A stretch of DNA of 64,000 bases from Escherichia coli. Its GTDB lineage: Bacteria > Pseudomonadota > Gammaproteobacteria > Enterobacterales > Enterobacteriaceae. Shown here one piece after another: positions 47,011 to 59,761 of this stretch. Made by a program: the position numbers and the translations under genes. The stretch lies in the NCBI RefSeq assembly GCF_050920415.1, contig NZ_CP169309.1, one strand, 5' to 3'. The notes below the pieces were generated by a model. It saw only the letters and a program-made list of their open reading frames with translations. It did no database searches and was not told the origin of the DNA. Every line of letters starts with the position of its first letter. The first letter of the stretch is position 1.

Positions 47011-47919
47011 ATGGATCAAAAACGACTTACTCACCTGCGGCAACTGGAGGCGGAAAGCATCCACATTATTCGCGAGGTGGCGGCAGAATTCTCAAATCCG
47101 GTGATGCTCTACTCTATCGGTAAAGATTCCAGCGTCATGCTGCATCTGGCGCGCAAGGCGTTTTATCCGGGTACGCTGCCTTTCCCTCTGCTGCATGTTG
47201 ATACTGGCTGGAAATTCCGCGAGATGTATGAGTTTCGCGATCGTACGGCTAAAGCCTATGGCTGCGAGTTGCTGGTGCATAAAAACCCGGAAGGCGTGGC
47301 GATGGGGATTAATCCATTCGTACACGGCAGCGCAAAACATACCGATATTATGAAAACCGAAGGTTTGAAGCAGGCGTTGAACAAGTACGGTTTTGATGCC
47401 GCCTTCGGTGGCGCACGTCGTGACGAAGAGAAATCCCGCGCTAAGGAGCGAATCTACTCTTTCCGTGACCGCTTCCATCGCTGGGACCCGAAAAATCAGC
47501 GCCCGGAGCTGTGGCACAACTACAACGGGCAAATTAACAAAGGCGAAAGTATCCGCGTTTTCCCGCTCTCTAACTGGACCGAGCAGGATATCTGGCAATA
47601 CATCTGGCTGGAAAATATCGACATTGTCCCGCTGTATCTCGCTGCTGAACGTCCGGTTCTGGAACGCGACGGTATGTTGATGATGATTGATGACAACCGT
47701 ATCGACCTGCAACCGGGCGAAGTGATTAAAAAACGGATGGTGCGTTTCCGTACGCTGGGCTGCTGGCCGCTGACCGGCGCGGTGGAGTCAAATGCGCAAA
47801 CACTACCGGAAATCATCGAAGAGATGCTGGTTTCCACCACCAGTGAACGTCAGGGGCGCGTGATTGACCGCGACCAGGCGGGATCCATGGAGCTGAAAAA
47901 ACGTCAGGGGTATTTTTAA
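47011..47919 (+). CDS. cysD: sulfate adenylyltransferase subunit 2
   Basis: 302-aa ORF; PAPS-reductase-like fold. Confidence 0.95.
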   Translation: MDQKRLTHLRQLEAESIHIIREVAAEFSNPVMLYSIGKDSSVMLHLARKAFYPGTLPFPLLHVDTGWKFREMYEFRDRTAKAYGCELLVHKNPEGVAMGINPFVHGSAKHTDIMKTEGLKQALNKYGFDAAFGGARRDEEKSRAKERIYSFRDRFHRWDPKNQRPELWHNYNGQINKGESIRVFPLSNWTEQDIWQYIWLENIDIVPLYLAAERPVLERDGMLMMIDDNRIDLQPGEVIKKRMVRFRTLGCWPLTGAVESNAQTLPEIIEEMLVSTTSERQGRVIDRDQAGSMELKKRQGYF

Positions 47920-47920
47920 G

Positions 47921-49348
47921 ATGAACACCGCACTTGCACAACAAATCGCCAATGAAGGCGGCGTCGAAGCCTGGATGATTGCGCAACAACATAAAAGCCT
48001 GCTGCGTTTTCTGACCTGTGGTAGCGTCGATGACGGCAAAAGTACCCTGATTGGTCGCCTGCTGCACGATACCCGCCAAATCTACGAAGATCAGCTCTCA
48101 TCACTGCATAACGACAGTAAACGTCACGGCACCCAGGGCGAAAAGCTGGATCTGGCACTGCTGGTGGACGGCCTGCAAGCTGAGCGCGAACAGGGCATCA
48201 CTATTGATGTGGCCTACCGCTATTTCTCTACCGAGAAGCGTAAATTTATTATCGCCGACACCCCAGGGCACGAGCAGTACACCCGCAATATGGCGACTGG
48301 CGCATCGACATGCGAACTGGCGATCTTACTGATCGATGCCCGTAAAGGCGTGCTCGATCAAACGCGTCGTCACAGTTTTATCTCCACGCTGTTGGGTATC
48401 AAACATCTGATCGTGGCGATCAACAAAATGGATCTGGTGGATTACAGCGAAGAGACGTTCACCCGCATTCGTGAAGATTATCTGACCTTTGCCGAGCAGT
48501 TGCCGGGTAATCTGGATATTCGCTTTGTGCCGCTCTCCGCGCTGGAAGGCGACAACGTGGCTTCGCAAAGTGAAAGCATGCCGTGGTACAGCGGTCCGAC
48601 ACTACTCGAAGTACTGGAAACCGTGGAGATACAGCGAGTGGTGGATGCCCAGCCAATGCGCTTTCCGGTGCAGTACGTTAACCGCCCGAATCTTGATTTT
48701 CGTGGCTACGCCGGAACGCTGGCATCCGGTCGCGTGGAAGTCGGGCAACGAGTCAAAGTGTTGCCTTCGGGAGTGGAGTCAAACATTGCGCGGATCGTGA
48801 CTTTTGATGGCGATCGCGAAGAAGCCTTTGCCGGAGAAGCGATCACCCTGGTGCTAACGGATGAGATCGACATCAGCCGTGGTGATCTGCTGCTGGCGGC
48901 AGACGAAGCGCTACCGGCAGTGCAGAGCGCGTCGGTGGATGTGGTGTGGATGGCGGAACAGCCACTTTCCCCTGGACAAAGCTACGACATCAAAATTGCC
49001 GGTAAGAAGACGCGTGCCCGTGTTGATGGTATTCGCTATCAGGTTGATATTAATAACCTTACTCAACGCGAAGTTGAAAATCTGCCGCTAAACGGCATTG
49101 GTTTGGTGGATCTCACTTTTGACGAGCCGCTGGTGTTAGATCGTTATCAGCAAAACCCGGTTACTGGTGGGCTGATTTTTATCGATCGCCTGAGCAATGT
49201 GACCGTGGGTGCCGGTATGGTGCACGAGCCAGTTAGCCAGGCTACTGCTGTGACATCTGAATTCAGTGCATTCGAACTGGAATTGAATGCCCTGGTCCGT
49301 CGTCATTTCCCGCACTGGGGCGCTCGCGATTTACGGGGAGATAAATAA
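47921..49348 (+). CDS. cysN: sulfate adenylyltransferase subunit 1 (GTPase)
   Basis: 475-aa ORF; GTP-binding motifs [18 protein letters not shown]. Confidence 0.95.
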   Translation: MNTALAQQIANEGGVEAWMIAQQHKSLLRFLTCGSVDDGKSTLIGRLLHDTRQIYEDQLSSLHNDSKRHGTQGEKLDLALLVDGLQAEREQGITIDVAYRYFSTEKRKFIIADTPGHEQYTRNMATGASTCELAILLIDARKGVLDQTRRHSFISTLLGIKHLIVAINKMDLVDYSEETFTRIREDYLTFAEQLPGNLDIRFVPLSALEGDNVASQSESMPWYSGPTLLEVLETVEIQRVVDAQPMRFPVQYVNRPNLDFRGYAGTLASGRVEVGQRVKVLPSGVESNIARIVTFDGDREEAFAGEAITLVLTDEIDISRGDLLLAADEALPAVQSASVDVVWMAEQPLSPGQSYDIKIAGKKTRARVDGIRYQVDINNLTQREVENLPLNGIGLVDLTFDEPLVLDRYQQNPVTGGLIFIDRLSNVTVGAGMVHEPVSQATAVTSEFSAFELELNALVRRHFPHWGARDLRGDK

Positions 49349-49953
49349 TGGCGCTGCATGACGAAAACGTCGTCTGGCATAGCCACCCAGTAACTCCGCA
49401 ACAACGCGAACAGCACCACGGTCATCGTGGTGTTGTGCTGTGGTTTACCGGCCTCTCTGGTTCCGGTAAATCAACCGTCGCGGGGGCGCTGGAGGAGGCG
49501 TTACATAACCTTGGTGTCAGTACGTATTTGCTGGATGGCGACAACGTCCGCCACGGCTTATGCAGCGATCTCGGTTTTAGCGATGCCGATCGTAAAGAGA
49601 ATATCCGTCGCGTCGGTGAAGTGGCGAATTTAATGGTTGAAGCTGGACTGGTGGTGCTGACCGCGTTTATCTCGCCACACCGCGCCGAACGCCAGATGGT
49701 CCGCGAACGCGTAGGAGAAGGGCGTTTTATCGAAGTGTTTGTCGATACGCCGCTGGCGATTTGCGAGGCCCGCGATCCAAAAGGCTTATATAAGAAAGCA
49801 CGTGCCGGTGAACTGCGTAACTTTACGGGAATAGATTCCGTTTACGAAGCACCTGAATCGGCAGAAATTCATCTCAATGGTGAACAATTAGTAACAAATT
49901 TGGTACAGCAATTATTAGATCTGTTGAGACAGAACGATATTATCAGATCCTGA
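49348..49953 (+). CDS. cysC: adenylyl-sulfate kinase
   Basis: 201-aa ORF; P-loop GLSGSGKST; start overlaps the cysN stop. Confidence 0.95.
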   Translation: MALHDENVVWHSHPVTPQQREQHHGHRGVVLWFTGLSGSGKSTVAGALEEALHNLGVSTYLLDGDNVRHGLCSDLGFSDADRKENIRRVGEVANLMVEAGLVVLTAFISPHRAERQMVRERVGEGRFIEVFVDTPLAICEARDPKGLYKKARAGELRNFTGIDSVYEAPESAEIHLNGEQLVTNLVQQLLDLLRQNDIIRS

Positions 49954-50002
49954 GACACCACCGGGTTTCCATGCCCGGTTCGTCAAAGTAACAGGATCAA
50001 AT

Positions 50003-50326
50003 ATGCGTAATAGCCATAACATTACACTAACAAATAACGACAGCCTTACTGAGGATGAAGAAACCACATGGTCACTGCCAGGTGCTGTGGTTGGTTTTGT
50101 CTCCTGGTTATTTGCGCTGGCGATGCCGATGTTGATTTATGGCTCTAACACGCTGTTCTTCTTTATCTACACCTGGCCTTTCTTTCTGGCACTGATGCCT
50201 GTCGCGGTGGTGGTGGGGATTGCACTGCATTCATTGATGGACGGAAAGCTACGCTACAGTATTGTTTTCACCCTTGTGACAGTCGGCATTATGTTTGGCG
50301 CACTGTTTATGTGGCTACTGGGCTAA
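50003..50326 (+). CDS. ygbE: inner-membrane protein YgbE
   Basis: 107-aa ORF with 3 TM helices. Confidence 0.8.
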   Translation: MRNSHNITLTNNDSLTEDEETTWSLPGAVVGFVSWLFALAMPMLIYGSNTLFFFIYTWPFFLALMPVAVVVGIALHSLMDGKLRYSIVFTLVTVGIMFGALFMWLLG

Positions 50327-50519
50327 TTTGTACTTTCCCGTCTCCTCTGTTCATAATTCAAACCGTAACGAATAATGAGATTATGTTCTGCACGCCCTGG
50401 GTATACGTAACAATGGACAAATGTGGTACATTTGCCCGCGTTGTCGCGGTATCCCCAACAGAGGATGTAGAGTCGTCTTCGGATGCATGGGATGATGATG
50501 CCGTTTTTCAGGGGGCAGG

Positions 50520-50831
50520 ATGGGTAAACTAACGCTGCTGTTGCTGGCTATTCTGGTCTGGCTACAGTATTCGCTGTGGTTCGGTAAGAACGGTATACAT
50601 GACTATACCCGCGTCAATGATGATGTGGCGGCACAGCAAGCTACAAACGCGAAACTTAAAGCGCGAAACGATCAACTTTTTGCCGAAATTGACGATCTCA
50701 ATGGCGGCCAGGAGGCGCTCGAAGAGCGTGCGCGTAATGAACTCAGCATGACCAGGCCGGGCGAAACTTTTTATCGTCTGGTGCCTGACGCGTCGAAACG
50801 CGCACAGTCTGCGGGGCAAAACAATCGATAA
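50520..50831 (+). CDS. ftsB: cell division protein FtsB
   Basis: 103-aa ORF; N-terminal TM helix plus coiled coil. Confidence 0.9.
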
Positions 50832-50849
50832 ATCAGCCCGGGAATTAAC

Positions 50850-51560
50850 ATGGCAACCACTCATTTGGATGTTTGCGCCGTGGTTCCGGCGGCCGGATTT
50901 GGCCGTCGAATGCAAACGGAATGTCCTAAGCAATATCTCTCAATCGGTAATCAAACCATTCTTGAACACTCGGTGCATGCGCTGCTGGCGCATCCCCGGG
51001 TGAAGCATGTCGTCATTGCCATAAGTCCTGGCGATAGCCGTTTTGCACAACTTCCTCTGGCGAATCATCCGCAAATCACCGTTGTAGATGGCGGTGATGA
51101 GCGTGCCGATTCGGTACTGGCAGGTCTGAAAGCCGCTGGCGATGCGCAGTGGGTATTGGTGCATGACGCCGCTCGTCCTTGTCTGCATCAGGATGACCTT
51201 GCGCGATTGTTGGCGTTGAGCGAAACCAGTCGCACAGGGGGGATCCTCGCCGCACCGGTGCGCGATACCATGAAACGTGCCGAACCTGGCAAAAATGCCA
51301 TTGCTCATACCGTTGATCGCAACGGCTTATGGCACGCGCTGACGCCGCAATTTTTCCCTCGTGAGCTGTTACATGACTGTCTGACGCGCGCTTTAAATGA
51401 AGGTGCGACTATTACCGACGAAGCCTCGGCGCTGGAATATTGCGGATTCCATCCGCAGTTGGTCGAAGGCCGTGCGGATAACATTAAAGTCACGCGTCCG
51501 GAAGATTTGGCACTGGCCGAGTTTTACCTCACCCGAACCATCCATCAGGAGAATACATAA
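50850..51560 (+). CDS. ispD: 2-C-methyl-D-erythritol 4-phosphate cytidylyltransferase
   Basis: 236-aa ORF; [12 protein letters not shown]. Confidence 0.95.
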   Translation: MATTHLDVCAVVPAAGFGRRMQTECPKQYLSIGNQTILEHSVHALLAHPRVKHVVIAISPGDSRFAQLPLANHPQITVVDGGDERADSVLAGLKAAGDAQWVLVHDAARPCLHQDDLARLLALSETSRTGGILAAPVRDTMKRAEPGKNAIAHTVDRNGLWHALTPQFFPRELLHDCLTRALNEGATITDEASALEYCGFHPQLVEGRADNIKVTRPEDLALAEFYLTRTIHQENT

Positions 51561-52039
51561 TGCGAATTGGACACGGTTTTGACGTACACGCCTTTGGCGG
51601 TGAAGGCCCAATTATCATTGGTGGCGTACGCATTCCTTACGAAAAAGGGTTGCTGGCGCATTCTGATGGCGACGTGGCGTTACATGCACTGACCGATGCA
51701 TTGCTTGGTGCAGCGGCGTTGGGGGATATCGGCAAGCTGTTCCCGGATACCGATCCATCATTTAAAGGGGCCGACAGCCGCGAATTGCTGCGCGAAGCCT
51801 GGCGTCGTATTCAGGCGAAGGGGTATACCCTCGGTAACGTCGATGTCACTATCATCGCTCAGGCACCGAAGATGTTGCCGCATATTCCACAAATGCGCGT
51901 GTTTATTGCCGAAGATCTCGGCTGCCATATGGATGATGTTAACGTGAAAGCCACTACTACGGAAAAATTAGGATTTACCGGGCGTGGGGAAGGGATTGCC
52001 TGTGAAGCGGTGGCGCTACTCATTAAGGCAACAAAATGA
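51560..52039 (+). CDS. ispF: 2-C-methyl-D-erythritol 2,4-cyclodiphosphate synthase
   Basis: 159-aa ORF; [12 protein letters not shown]. Confidence 0.95.
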   Translation: MRIGHGFDVHAFGGEGPIIIGGVRIPYEKGLLAHSDGDVALHALTDALLGAAALGDIGKLFPDTDPSFKGADSRELLREAWRRIQAKGYTLGNVDVTIIAQAPKMLPHIPQMRVFIAEDLGCHMDDVNVKATTTEKLGFTGRGEGIACEAVALLIKATK

Positions 52040-53065
52040 TTGAGTTTGATAATCTCACTTACCTCCACGGTAAACCGCAAGGTACCGGGCTGCTGAAAGC
52101 CAATCCGGAAGACTTTGTGGTGGTGGAAGATTTGGGCTTTGAGCCTGATGGTGAAGGTGAGCATATTCTGGTTAGAATCCTCAAAAACGGCTGTAATACC
52201 CGTTTTGTGGCGGATGCACTGGCGAAATTCCTGAAAATTCATGCCCGTGAAGTCAGCTTCGCTGGGCAAAAAGACAAACATGCTGTTACGGAACAGTGGT
52301 TATGCGCTCGCGTGCCAGGCAAAGAGATGCCCGATCTCAGTGCTTTTCAACTGGAAGGTTGTCAGGTGCTGGAGTATGCGCGGCACAAGCGTAAGCTGCG
52401 TTTAGGGGCGCTGAAAGGTAACGCTTTTACCCTGGTACTCCGCGAAGTGAGCAATCGTGATGACGTTGAACAACGTCTGATCGATATTTGCGTAAAAGGT
52501 GTACCGAACTACTTTGGTGCCCAACGTTTTGGTATTAGCGGCAGCAACTTGCAGGGTGCGCTGCGCTGGGCGCAAACCAATACTCCGGTGCGTGATCGCA
52601 ATAAACGGAGTTTTTGGTTGTCGGCAGCCCGCAGTGCGTTGTTTAATCAGATTGTTGCTGAGCGCCTCAAAAAAGCAGACGTTAATCAAGTTGTTGACGG
52701 CGATGCGCTACAATTAGCCGGACGTGGCAGCTGGTTTGTTGCCTCCAATGAAGAACTGGCGGAATTACAGCGTCGCGTCAACGATAAAGAGCTGATGATT
52801 ACTGCTGCATTGCCGGGCAGTGGCGAATGGGGAACTCAGCGTGAAGCGCTGGCATTCGAACAAGCAGCTGTCGCCGAAGAAACTGAATTGCAAGCCTTAC
52901 TGGTGCGCGAAAAAGTTGAAGCCGCGCGCAGAGCGATGCTGCTGTATCCGCAACAATTAAGCTGGAACTGGTGGGATGACGTCACCGTAGAAATCCGTTT
53001 CTGGCTTCCGGCAGGCAGTTTTGCGACCAGCGTTGTCAGGGAACTTATCAACACAACAGGTGATT

Positions 53066-53085
<20 letters not shown>
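52036..53085 (+). CDS. truD: tRNA pseudouridine13 synthase
   Basis: 349-aa ORF. Confidence 0.9.
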
Positions 53086-54447
<1,362 letters not shown>

Positions 54448-54586
54448 AACGTGAGGAAATACCTGGATTTTTCCTGGTTATTTTGCCGCAGGTCAGCGTA
54501 TCGTGAACATCTTTTCCAGTGTTCAGTATGGTGCCTTGCACGGTAATTATGTCACTGGTTATTAACCAATTTTTCTTGGGGGATAA

Positions 54587-55726
54587 ATGAGCGCGGGAAG
54601 CCCAAAATTCACCGTTCGCCGCATTGCGGCTTTGTCACTGGTTTCGCTATGGCTGGCAGGCTGTTCTGACACTTCAAATCCACCGGCACCGGTCAGCTCC
54701 GTTAATGGCAATGCGTCTGCAAACACCAATTCTGGTATGTTGATTACGCCGCCGCCGAAAATGGGGACGACGTCTACAACGCAGCAACCGCAAATTCAGC
54801 CGGTACAGCAGCCACAAATTCAATCTGCACAACAACCGCAAATCCAGCCGGTGCAGCCAGTTGCTCAGCCGCCGGTACAGATGGAAAACGGACGCATCGT
54901 CTACAACCGTCAGTATGGGAACATTCCGAAAGGCAGTTATAGCGGCAGTACATACACCGTGAAAAAAGGCGACACACTTTTCTATATCGCCTGGATTACT
55001 GGCAATGATTTCCGTGACCTTGCTCAGCGCAACAATATTCAGGCACCATACGCGCTGAATGTAGGTCAGACCTTACAGGTGGGTAATGCTTCCGGTACGC
55101 CAATCACTGGTGGAAATGCCATTACCCAGGCCGATGCAGCAGAGCAAGGAGTTGTGATCAAGCCTGCACAAAATTCCACCGTTGCTGTTGCGTCGCAACC
55201 GACAATTACGTATTCTGAGTCTTCGGGTGAACAGAGTGCTAACAAAATGTTGCCGAACAACAAGCCAACTGGGACCACGGTCACAGCGCCTGTAACGGTA
55301 CCAACAGCAAGCACAACCGAGCCGACTGTCAGCAGTACATCAACCAGTGCGCCTATCTCCACCTGGCGCTGGCCGACTGAGGGCAAAGTGATCGAAACCT
55401 TTGGTGCTTCTGAGGGGGGCAACAAGGGGATTGATATCGCAGGCAGCAAAGGACAGGCAATTATCGCGACCGCAGATGGCCGCGTTGTTTATGCCGGTAA
55501 CGCGCTGCGCGGCTACGGTAATCTGATTATCATCAAACATAATGATGATTACCTGAGTGCCTACGCCCATAACGACACAATGCTGGTCCGGGAACAACAA
55601 GAAGTGAAGGCGGGGCAAAAAATAGCGACTATGGGTAGCACCGGAACCAGTTCAACACGCTTGCATTTTGAAATTCGTTACAAGGGGAAATCCGTAAACC
55701 CGCTGCGCTATTTGCCGCAGCGATAA
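54587..55726 (+). CDS. nlpD: murein hydrolase activator NlpD (LysM + M23)
   Basis: 379-aa ORF; lipobox LAGCS, QQPQIQ repeats, LysM and degenerate M23 domain; known to harbour the rpoS promoter in E. coli. Confidence 0.92.
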   Translation: MSAGSPKFTVRRIAALSLVSLWLAGCSDTSNPPAPVSSVNGNASANTNSGMLITPPPKMGTTSTTQQPQIQPVQQPQIQSAQQPQIQPVQPVAQPPVQMENGRIVYNRQYGNIPKGSYSGSTYTVKKGDTLFYIAWITGNDFRDLAQRNNIQAPYALNVGQTLQVGNASGTPITGGNAITQADAAEQGVVIKPAQNSTVAVASQPTITYSESSGEQSANKMLPNNKPTGTTVTAPVTVPTASTTEPTVSSTSTSAPISTWRWPTEGKVIETFGASEGGNKGIDIAGSKGQAIIATADGRVVYAGNALRGYGNLIIIKHNDDYLSAYAHNDTMLVREQQEVKAGQKIATMGSTGTSSTRLHFEIRYKGKSVNPLRYLPQR

Positions 55727-55788
55727 ATCGGCGGAACCAGGCTTTTGCTTGAATGTTCCGTCAAGGGATCACGGGTAGGAGCCACCTT

Positions 55789-56781
55789 ATGAGTCAGAAT
55801 ACGCTGAAAGTTCATGATTTAAATGAAGATGCGGAATTTGATGAGAACGGAGTTGAGGTTTTTGACGAAAAGGCCTTAGTAGAAGAGGAACCCAGTGATA
55901 ACGATTTGGCCGAAGAGGAACTGTTATCGCAAGGGGCCACACAGCGTGTGTTGGACGCGACTCAGCTTTACCTTGGTGAGATTGGTTATTCACCACTGTT
56001 AACGGCCGAAGAAGAAGTTTATTTTGCGCGTCGCGCACTGCGAGGAGATGTTGCCTCCCGCCGCCGGATGATCGAGAGTAACTTGCGTCTGGTGGTAAAA
56101 ATTGCCCGCCGTTATGGCAATCGTGGTCTGGCTTTGCTGGATCTTATCGAAGAGGGCAACCTGGGGCTGATCCGCGCGGTAGAGAAGTTTGACCCGGAAC
56201 GTGGTTTCCGCTTCTCAACATACGCAACCTGGTGGATTCGCCAAACGATCGAACGGGCGATTATGAACCAAACCCGTACTATTCGTTTGCCGATTCACAT
56301 CGTAAAGGAGCTGAACGTTTACCTGCGAACCGCACGTGAGTTGTCCCATAAGCTGGACCACGAACCAAGTGCGGAAGAGATCGCAGAGCAGCTGGATAAG
56401 CCAGTTGATGACGTCAGCCGTATGCTTCGTCTTAACGAGCGCATTACCTCGGTAGACACCCCGCTGGGTGGAGATTCCGAAAAAGCGTTGCTGGACATCC
56501 TGGCCGATGAAAAAGAAAACGGCCCGGAAGATACCACGCAAGATGACGATATGAAACAAAGCATCGTCAAATGGCTGTTCGAACTGAACGCCAAACAGCG
56601 TGAAGTGCTGGCACGTCGATTCGGTTTGCTGGGGTACGAAGCGGCAACACTGGAAGATGTAGGTCGTGAAATTGGCCTCACCCGTGAACGTGTTCGCCAG
56701 ATTCAGGTTGAAGGCCTGCGCCGTTTGCGCGAAATCCTGCAAACGCAGGGGCTGAATATCGAAGCGCTGTTCCGCGAATAA
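55789..56781 (+). CDS. rpoS: RNA polymerase sigma factor RpoS (sigma-38)
   Basis: ORF 55753..56781; start taken at [18 protein letters not shown] (330 aa); full length with no internal stop; codon 33 encodes Glu. Confidence 0.96.
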   Translation: MSQNTLKVHDLNEDAEFDENGVEVFDEKALVEEEPSDNDLAEEELLSQGATQRVLDATQLYLGEIGYSPLLTAEEEVYFARRALRGDVASRRRMIESNLRLVVKIARRYGNRGLALLDLIEEGNLGLIRAVEKFDPERGFRFSTYATWWIRQTIERAIMNQTRTIRLPIHIVKELNVYLRTARELSHKLDHEPSAEEIAEQLDKPVDDVSRMLRLNERITSVDTPLGGDSEKALLDILADEKENGPEDTTQDDDMKQSIVKWLFELNAKQREVLARRFGLLGYEAATLEDVGREIGLTRERVRQIQVEGLRRLREILQTQGLNIEALFRE

Positions 56782-56796
56782 GTAAGCATCTGTCAG

Positions 56797-56832
56797 AAAG
56801 GCCAGTCTCTTATGAGGCTGGCCTTTTTCTTT
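56797..56832 (+). terminator. rpoS rho-independent terminator
   Basis: AAAGGCCAG-loop-CTGGCCTTTttcttttg. Confidence 0.7.
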
Positions 56833-56901
56833 TGTATGGGGAGTTGGTGTGTTTCGTCGCCTGGATAAGACACGTCAGCGTCCCATCCGGCAATCAACAT
56901 C

Positions 56902-57309
56902 CTATTTGCTCATCATCTTGCGCACCAGCTGCATAAACAGCTCCTGCTCTTCTCCACTCAAACGCCCCAAAAATTCCTCATCCACACTGTCGCCAATCGG
57001 TATCGCCGCAGCAAGTACCTTTTCTCCTTCGGCAGTCAGCCAGACAAAGCGTCGCCGCTTATCAGCGGTGTCATGTTCACGTCTGACTAAGCCACGATTT
57101 TCCATTCTTGCCAACATTTCTGCCAGCGTTGCTTTGGTGCTGACGGCTGCTTCCATCAGTGCCACCTGTTCGATACCAGGTTTATCAGCAATGGCGCGCA
57201 TCACCGCGTACTGTGGTTTGGTCAGGTCAGGTAACTCGTGCTGCCAGCGGGCCGTATGCTGCTGAAAAAGCTGTCGTAACTGATGGAACGCTTTATTTCG
57301 TAACGCCAT
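56902..57309 (-). CDS. MarR/SlyA-family transcriptional regulator
   Basis: 135-aa ORF with winged-helix MarR signature; divergent from the decarboxylase operon. Confidence 0.8.
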   Translation of the reverse strand: MALRNKAFHQLRQLFQQHTARWQHELPDLTKPQYAVMRAIADKPGIEQVALMEAAVSTKATLAEMLARMENRGLVRREHDTADKRRRFVWLTAEGEKVLAAAIPIGDSVDEEFLGRLSGEEQELFMQLVRKMMSK

Positions 57310-57424
57310 GTAAACTCCGGGCTAATTCTCTGTCGCTATCATAGCGGTTTTTCAGTGACGAAGAAGATGTTGTTACTTTTCAATCCTTGCCGCTGTGGAA
57401 ATGAAGGAGTATGTTAATAATAAC

Positions 57425-57438
57425 GTTCGTATACGAAC
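57425..57438. promoter_or_regulatory. perfect 14-bp palindrome, candidate MarR operator
   Basis: GTTCGTATACGAAC about 18 bp upstream of the ubiX-like start, in the divergent promoter region. Confidence 0.45.
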
Positions 57439-57455
57439 AATTAAGATAGTAAGCA

Positions 57456-58049
57456 ATGAAACTGATCGTCGGGATGACAGGGGCTACCGGTGCGCCTCTT
57501 GGTGTGGCATTACTGCAAGCGCTGCGGGAGATGCCGAATGTCGAGACTCATCTGGTGATGTCGAAGTGGGCGAAAACCACTATTGAACTGGAAACGCCTT
57601 ACAGCGCTCGCGATGTTGCCGCCCTCGCTGACTTCAGCCATAACCCGGCGGATCAGGCTGCGACCATCTCTTCCGGCTCCTTTCGTACCGACGGCATGAT
57701 CGTTATTCCATGCAGTATGAAAACGCTCGCCGGTATCCGCGCTGGTTACGCCGATGGTCTCGTAGGGCGCGCGGCGGACGTCGTGCTCAAAGAAGGCCGC
57801 AAACTGGTGCTGGTGCCGCGTGAAATGCCGCTTAGCACCATCCATCTCGAAAATATGCTCGCACTTTCGCGCATGGGCGTGGCGATGGTGCCGCCGATGC
57901 CTGCCTTTTATAACCATCCCGAAACGGTAGATGACATTGTCCACCACGTGGTAGCCCGCGTGCTGGATCAATTTGGCCTCGAACATCCTCACGCCAGGCG
58001 CTGGCAAGGGTTGCCGCAGGCCCGGAATTTTTCTCAGGAGAATGAATAA
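57456..58049 (+). CDS. ecdB: UbiX/Pad1-family flavin prenyltransferase (decarboxylase subunit B)
   Basis: 197-aa ORF; MKLIVGMTGATGAPLG flavoprotein motif. Confidence 0.85.
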   Translation: MKLIVGMTGATGAPLGVALLQALREMPNVETHLVMSKWAKTTIELETPYSARDVAALADFSHNPADQAATISSGSFRTDGMIVIPCSMKTLAGIRAGYADGLVGRAADVVLKEGRKLVLVPREMPLSTIHLENMLALSRMGVAMVPPMPAFYNHPETVDDIVHHVVARVLDQFGLEHPHARRWQGLPQARNFSQENE

Positions 58050-59476
58050 TGGCATTTGATGATTTACGCAGCTTTTTACAGGCGCTCGACGACCAGGGGC
58101 AATTGCTGAAAATCAGCGAAGAGGTGAATGCCGAGCCGGATCTGGCTGCCGCTGCCAACGCCACCGGGCGTATCGGCGACGGCGCGCCCGCGCTGTGGTT
58201 TGATAATATTCGCGGCTTTACCGATGCGCGCGTGGCGATGAACACCATCGGCTCCTGGCAGAACCACGCGATTTCCCTCGGGCTGCCACCGAACACACCG
58301 GTTAAAAAACAGATTGATGAGTTTATCCGCCGCTGGGATAACTTTCCCATTGCCCCGGAACGCCGCGCCAATCCTGCCTGGGCGCAGAACACCGTCGATG
58401 GCGACGAGATCAATTTGTTCAATATCCTGCCGCTGTTTCGTTTAAACGATGGCGATGGCGGTTTCTATCTCGACAAAGCGTGCGTGGTTTCCCGCGATCC
58501 GCTCGATCCGGATAACTTCGGCAAGCAGAACGTCGGCATCTATCGCATGGAAGTGAAGGGTAAGCGTAAGCTCGGCCTGCAACCGGTGCCGATGCACGAT
58601 ATCGCCCTGCATCTGCATAAAGCAGAAGAGCGCGGTGAAGATCTGCCGATTGCGATCACGCTCGGTAACGATCCGATCATCACCCTGATGGGCGCCACCC
58701 CGCTGAAATATGATCAATCGGAGTACGAAATGGCGGGCGCACTACGCGAAAGCCCGTACCCGATCGCCACCGCCCCGCTGACCGGTTTTGATGTGCCGTG
58801 GGGCTCGGAGGTGATCCTCGAAGGGGTAATCGAAAGCCGTAAACGCGAGATTGAAGGGCCGTTCGGTGAATTTACCGGCCACTACTCCGGCGGGCGCAAC
58901 ATGACCGTGGTGCGCATCGATAAAGTCTCTTACCGCACCAAACCGATTTTTGAATCGCTCTATCTCGGTATGCCGTGGACCGAAATCGACTACCTGATGG
59001 GGCCAGCCACCTGTGTGCCGCTGTATCAGCAACTGAAAGCCGAGTTCCCGGAAGTGCAGGCGGTGAACGCTATGTACACCCACGGCCTGCTGGCGATTAT
59101 CTCCACCAAAAAACGCTATGGCGGCTTTGCCCGCGCAGTGGGCCTGCGTGCGATGACCACGCCGCACGGTCTGGGTTATGTGAAGATGGTGATTATGGTC
59201 GATGAAGACGTTGACCCGTTCAACCTGCCGCAGGTGATGTGGGCGCTCTCGTCGAAAGTGAACCCGGCAGGCGATCTGGTGCAACTGCCGAATATGTCCG
59301 TGCTGGAACTCGACCCAGGCTCAAGCCCGGCGGGGATCACCGATAAGCTGATTATCGACGCCACCACGCCTGTCGCCCCGGACAACCGTGGCCACTACAG
59401 CCAGCCGGTGGTGGACTTACCGGAAACCAAAGCCTGGGCTGAAAAACTGACCGCTATGCTGGCCGCACGTAAATAA
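58049..59476 (+). CDS. ecdC: UbiD-family (hydroxyarylic acid) decarboxylase subunit C
   Basis: 475-aa ORF with UbiD family signature; start overlaps the ubiX-like stop. Confidence 0.85.
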   Translation: MAFDDLRSFLQALDDQGQLLKISEEVNAEPDLAAAANATGRIGDGAPALWFDNIRGFTDARVAMNTIGSWQNHAISLGLPPNTPVKKQIDEFIRRWDNFPIAPERRANPAWAQNTVDGDEINLFNILPLFRLNDGDGGFYLDKACVVSRDPLDPDNFGKQNVGIYRMEVKGKRKLGLQPVPMHDIALHLHKAEERGEDLPIAITLGNDPIITLMGATPLKYDQSEYEMAGALRESPYPIATAPLTGFDVPWGSEVILEGVIESRKREIEGPFGEFTGHYSGGRNMTVVRIDKVSYRTKPIFESLYLGMPWTEIDYLMGPATCVPLYQQLKAEFPEVQAVNAMYTHGLLAIISTKKRYGGFARAVGLRAMTTPHGLGYVKMVIMVDEDVDPFNLPQVMWALSSKVNPAGDLVQLPNMSVLELDPGSSPAGITDKLIIDATTPVAPDNRGHYSQPVVDLPETKAWAEKLTAMLAARK

Positions 59477-59486
59477 GGAGAACAAG

Positions 59487-59723
59487 ATGATTTGTCCACG
59501 TTGTGCCGATGAACAGATTGAAGTGATGGCGAAATCGCCGGTGAAAAATGTCTGGACGGTCTACCAGTGCCAGCATTGCCTTTATACCTGGCGCGATACT
59601 GAACCGCTACGCCGCACCAGCCGCGAACATTATCCCGAAGCCTTCCGCATGACGCAGAAAGATATTGATGACGCGCCGATGGTGCCGAGCATCCCGCCGC
59701 TGCTGGCGGAAGGTAAGCGCTAA
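59487..59723 (+). CDS. ecdD: small decarboxylase subunit D (zinc-ribbon-like)
   Basis: 78-aa ORF with CPRC...CQHC motif, third gene of a B-C-D decarboxylase operon. Confidence 0.7.
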   Translation: MICPRCADEQIEVMAKSPVKNVWTVYQCQHCLYTWRDTEPLRRTSREHYPEAFRMTQKDIDDAPMVPSIPPLLAEGKR

Positions 59724-59726
59724 ATA

Positions 59727-59757
59727 AAAGGTCCGATGCCCATCGGACCTTTTTATT
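59727..59757. terminator. bidirectional terminator between ecdD and ygbN
   Basis: AAAGGTCCGATG-cc-CATCGGACCTTTttatt. Confidence 0.6.
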
Positions 59758-59761
59758 AAGG

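Noticed and set aside
50311-50532. 73-aa ORF in the ygbE-ftsB spacer
   Set aside because: Overlaps the ygbE 3' end and the ftsB start, has no RBS and no recognisable domain; most likely the ftsB promoter/5' UTR region.
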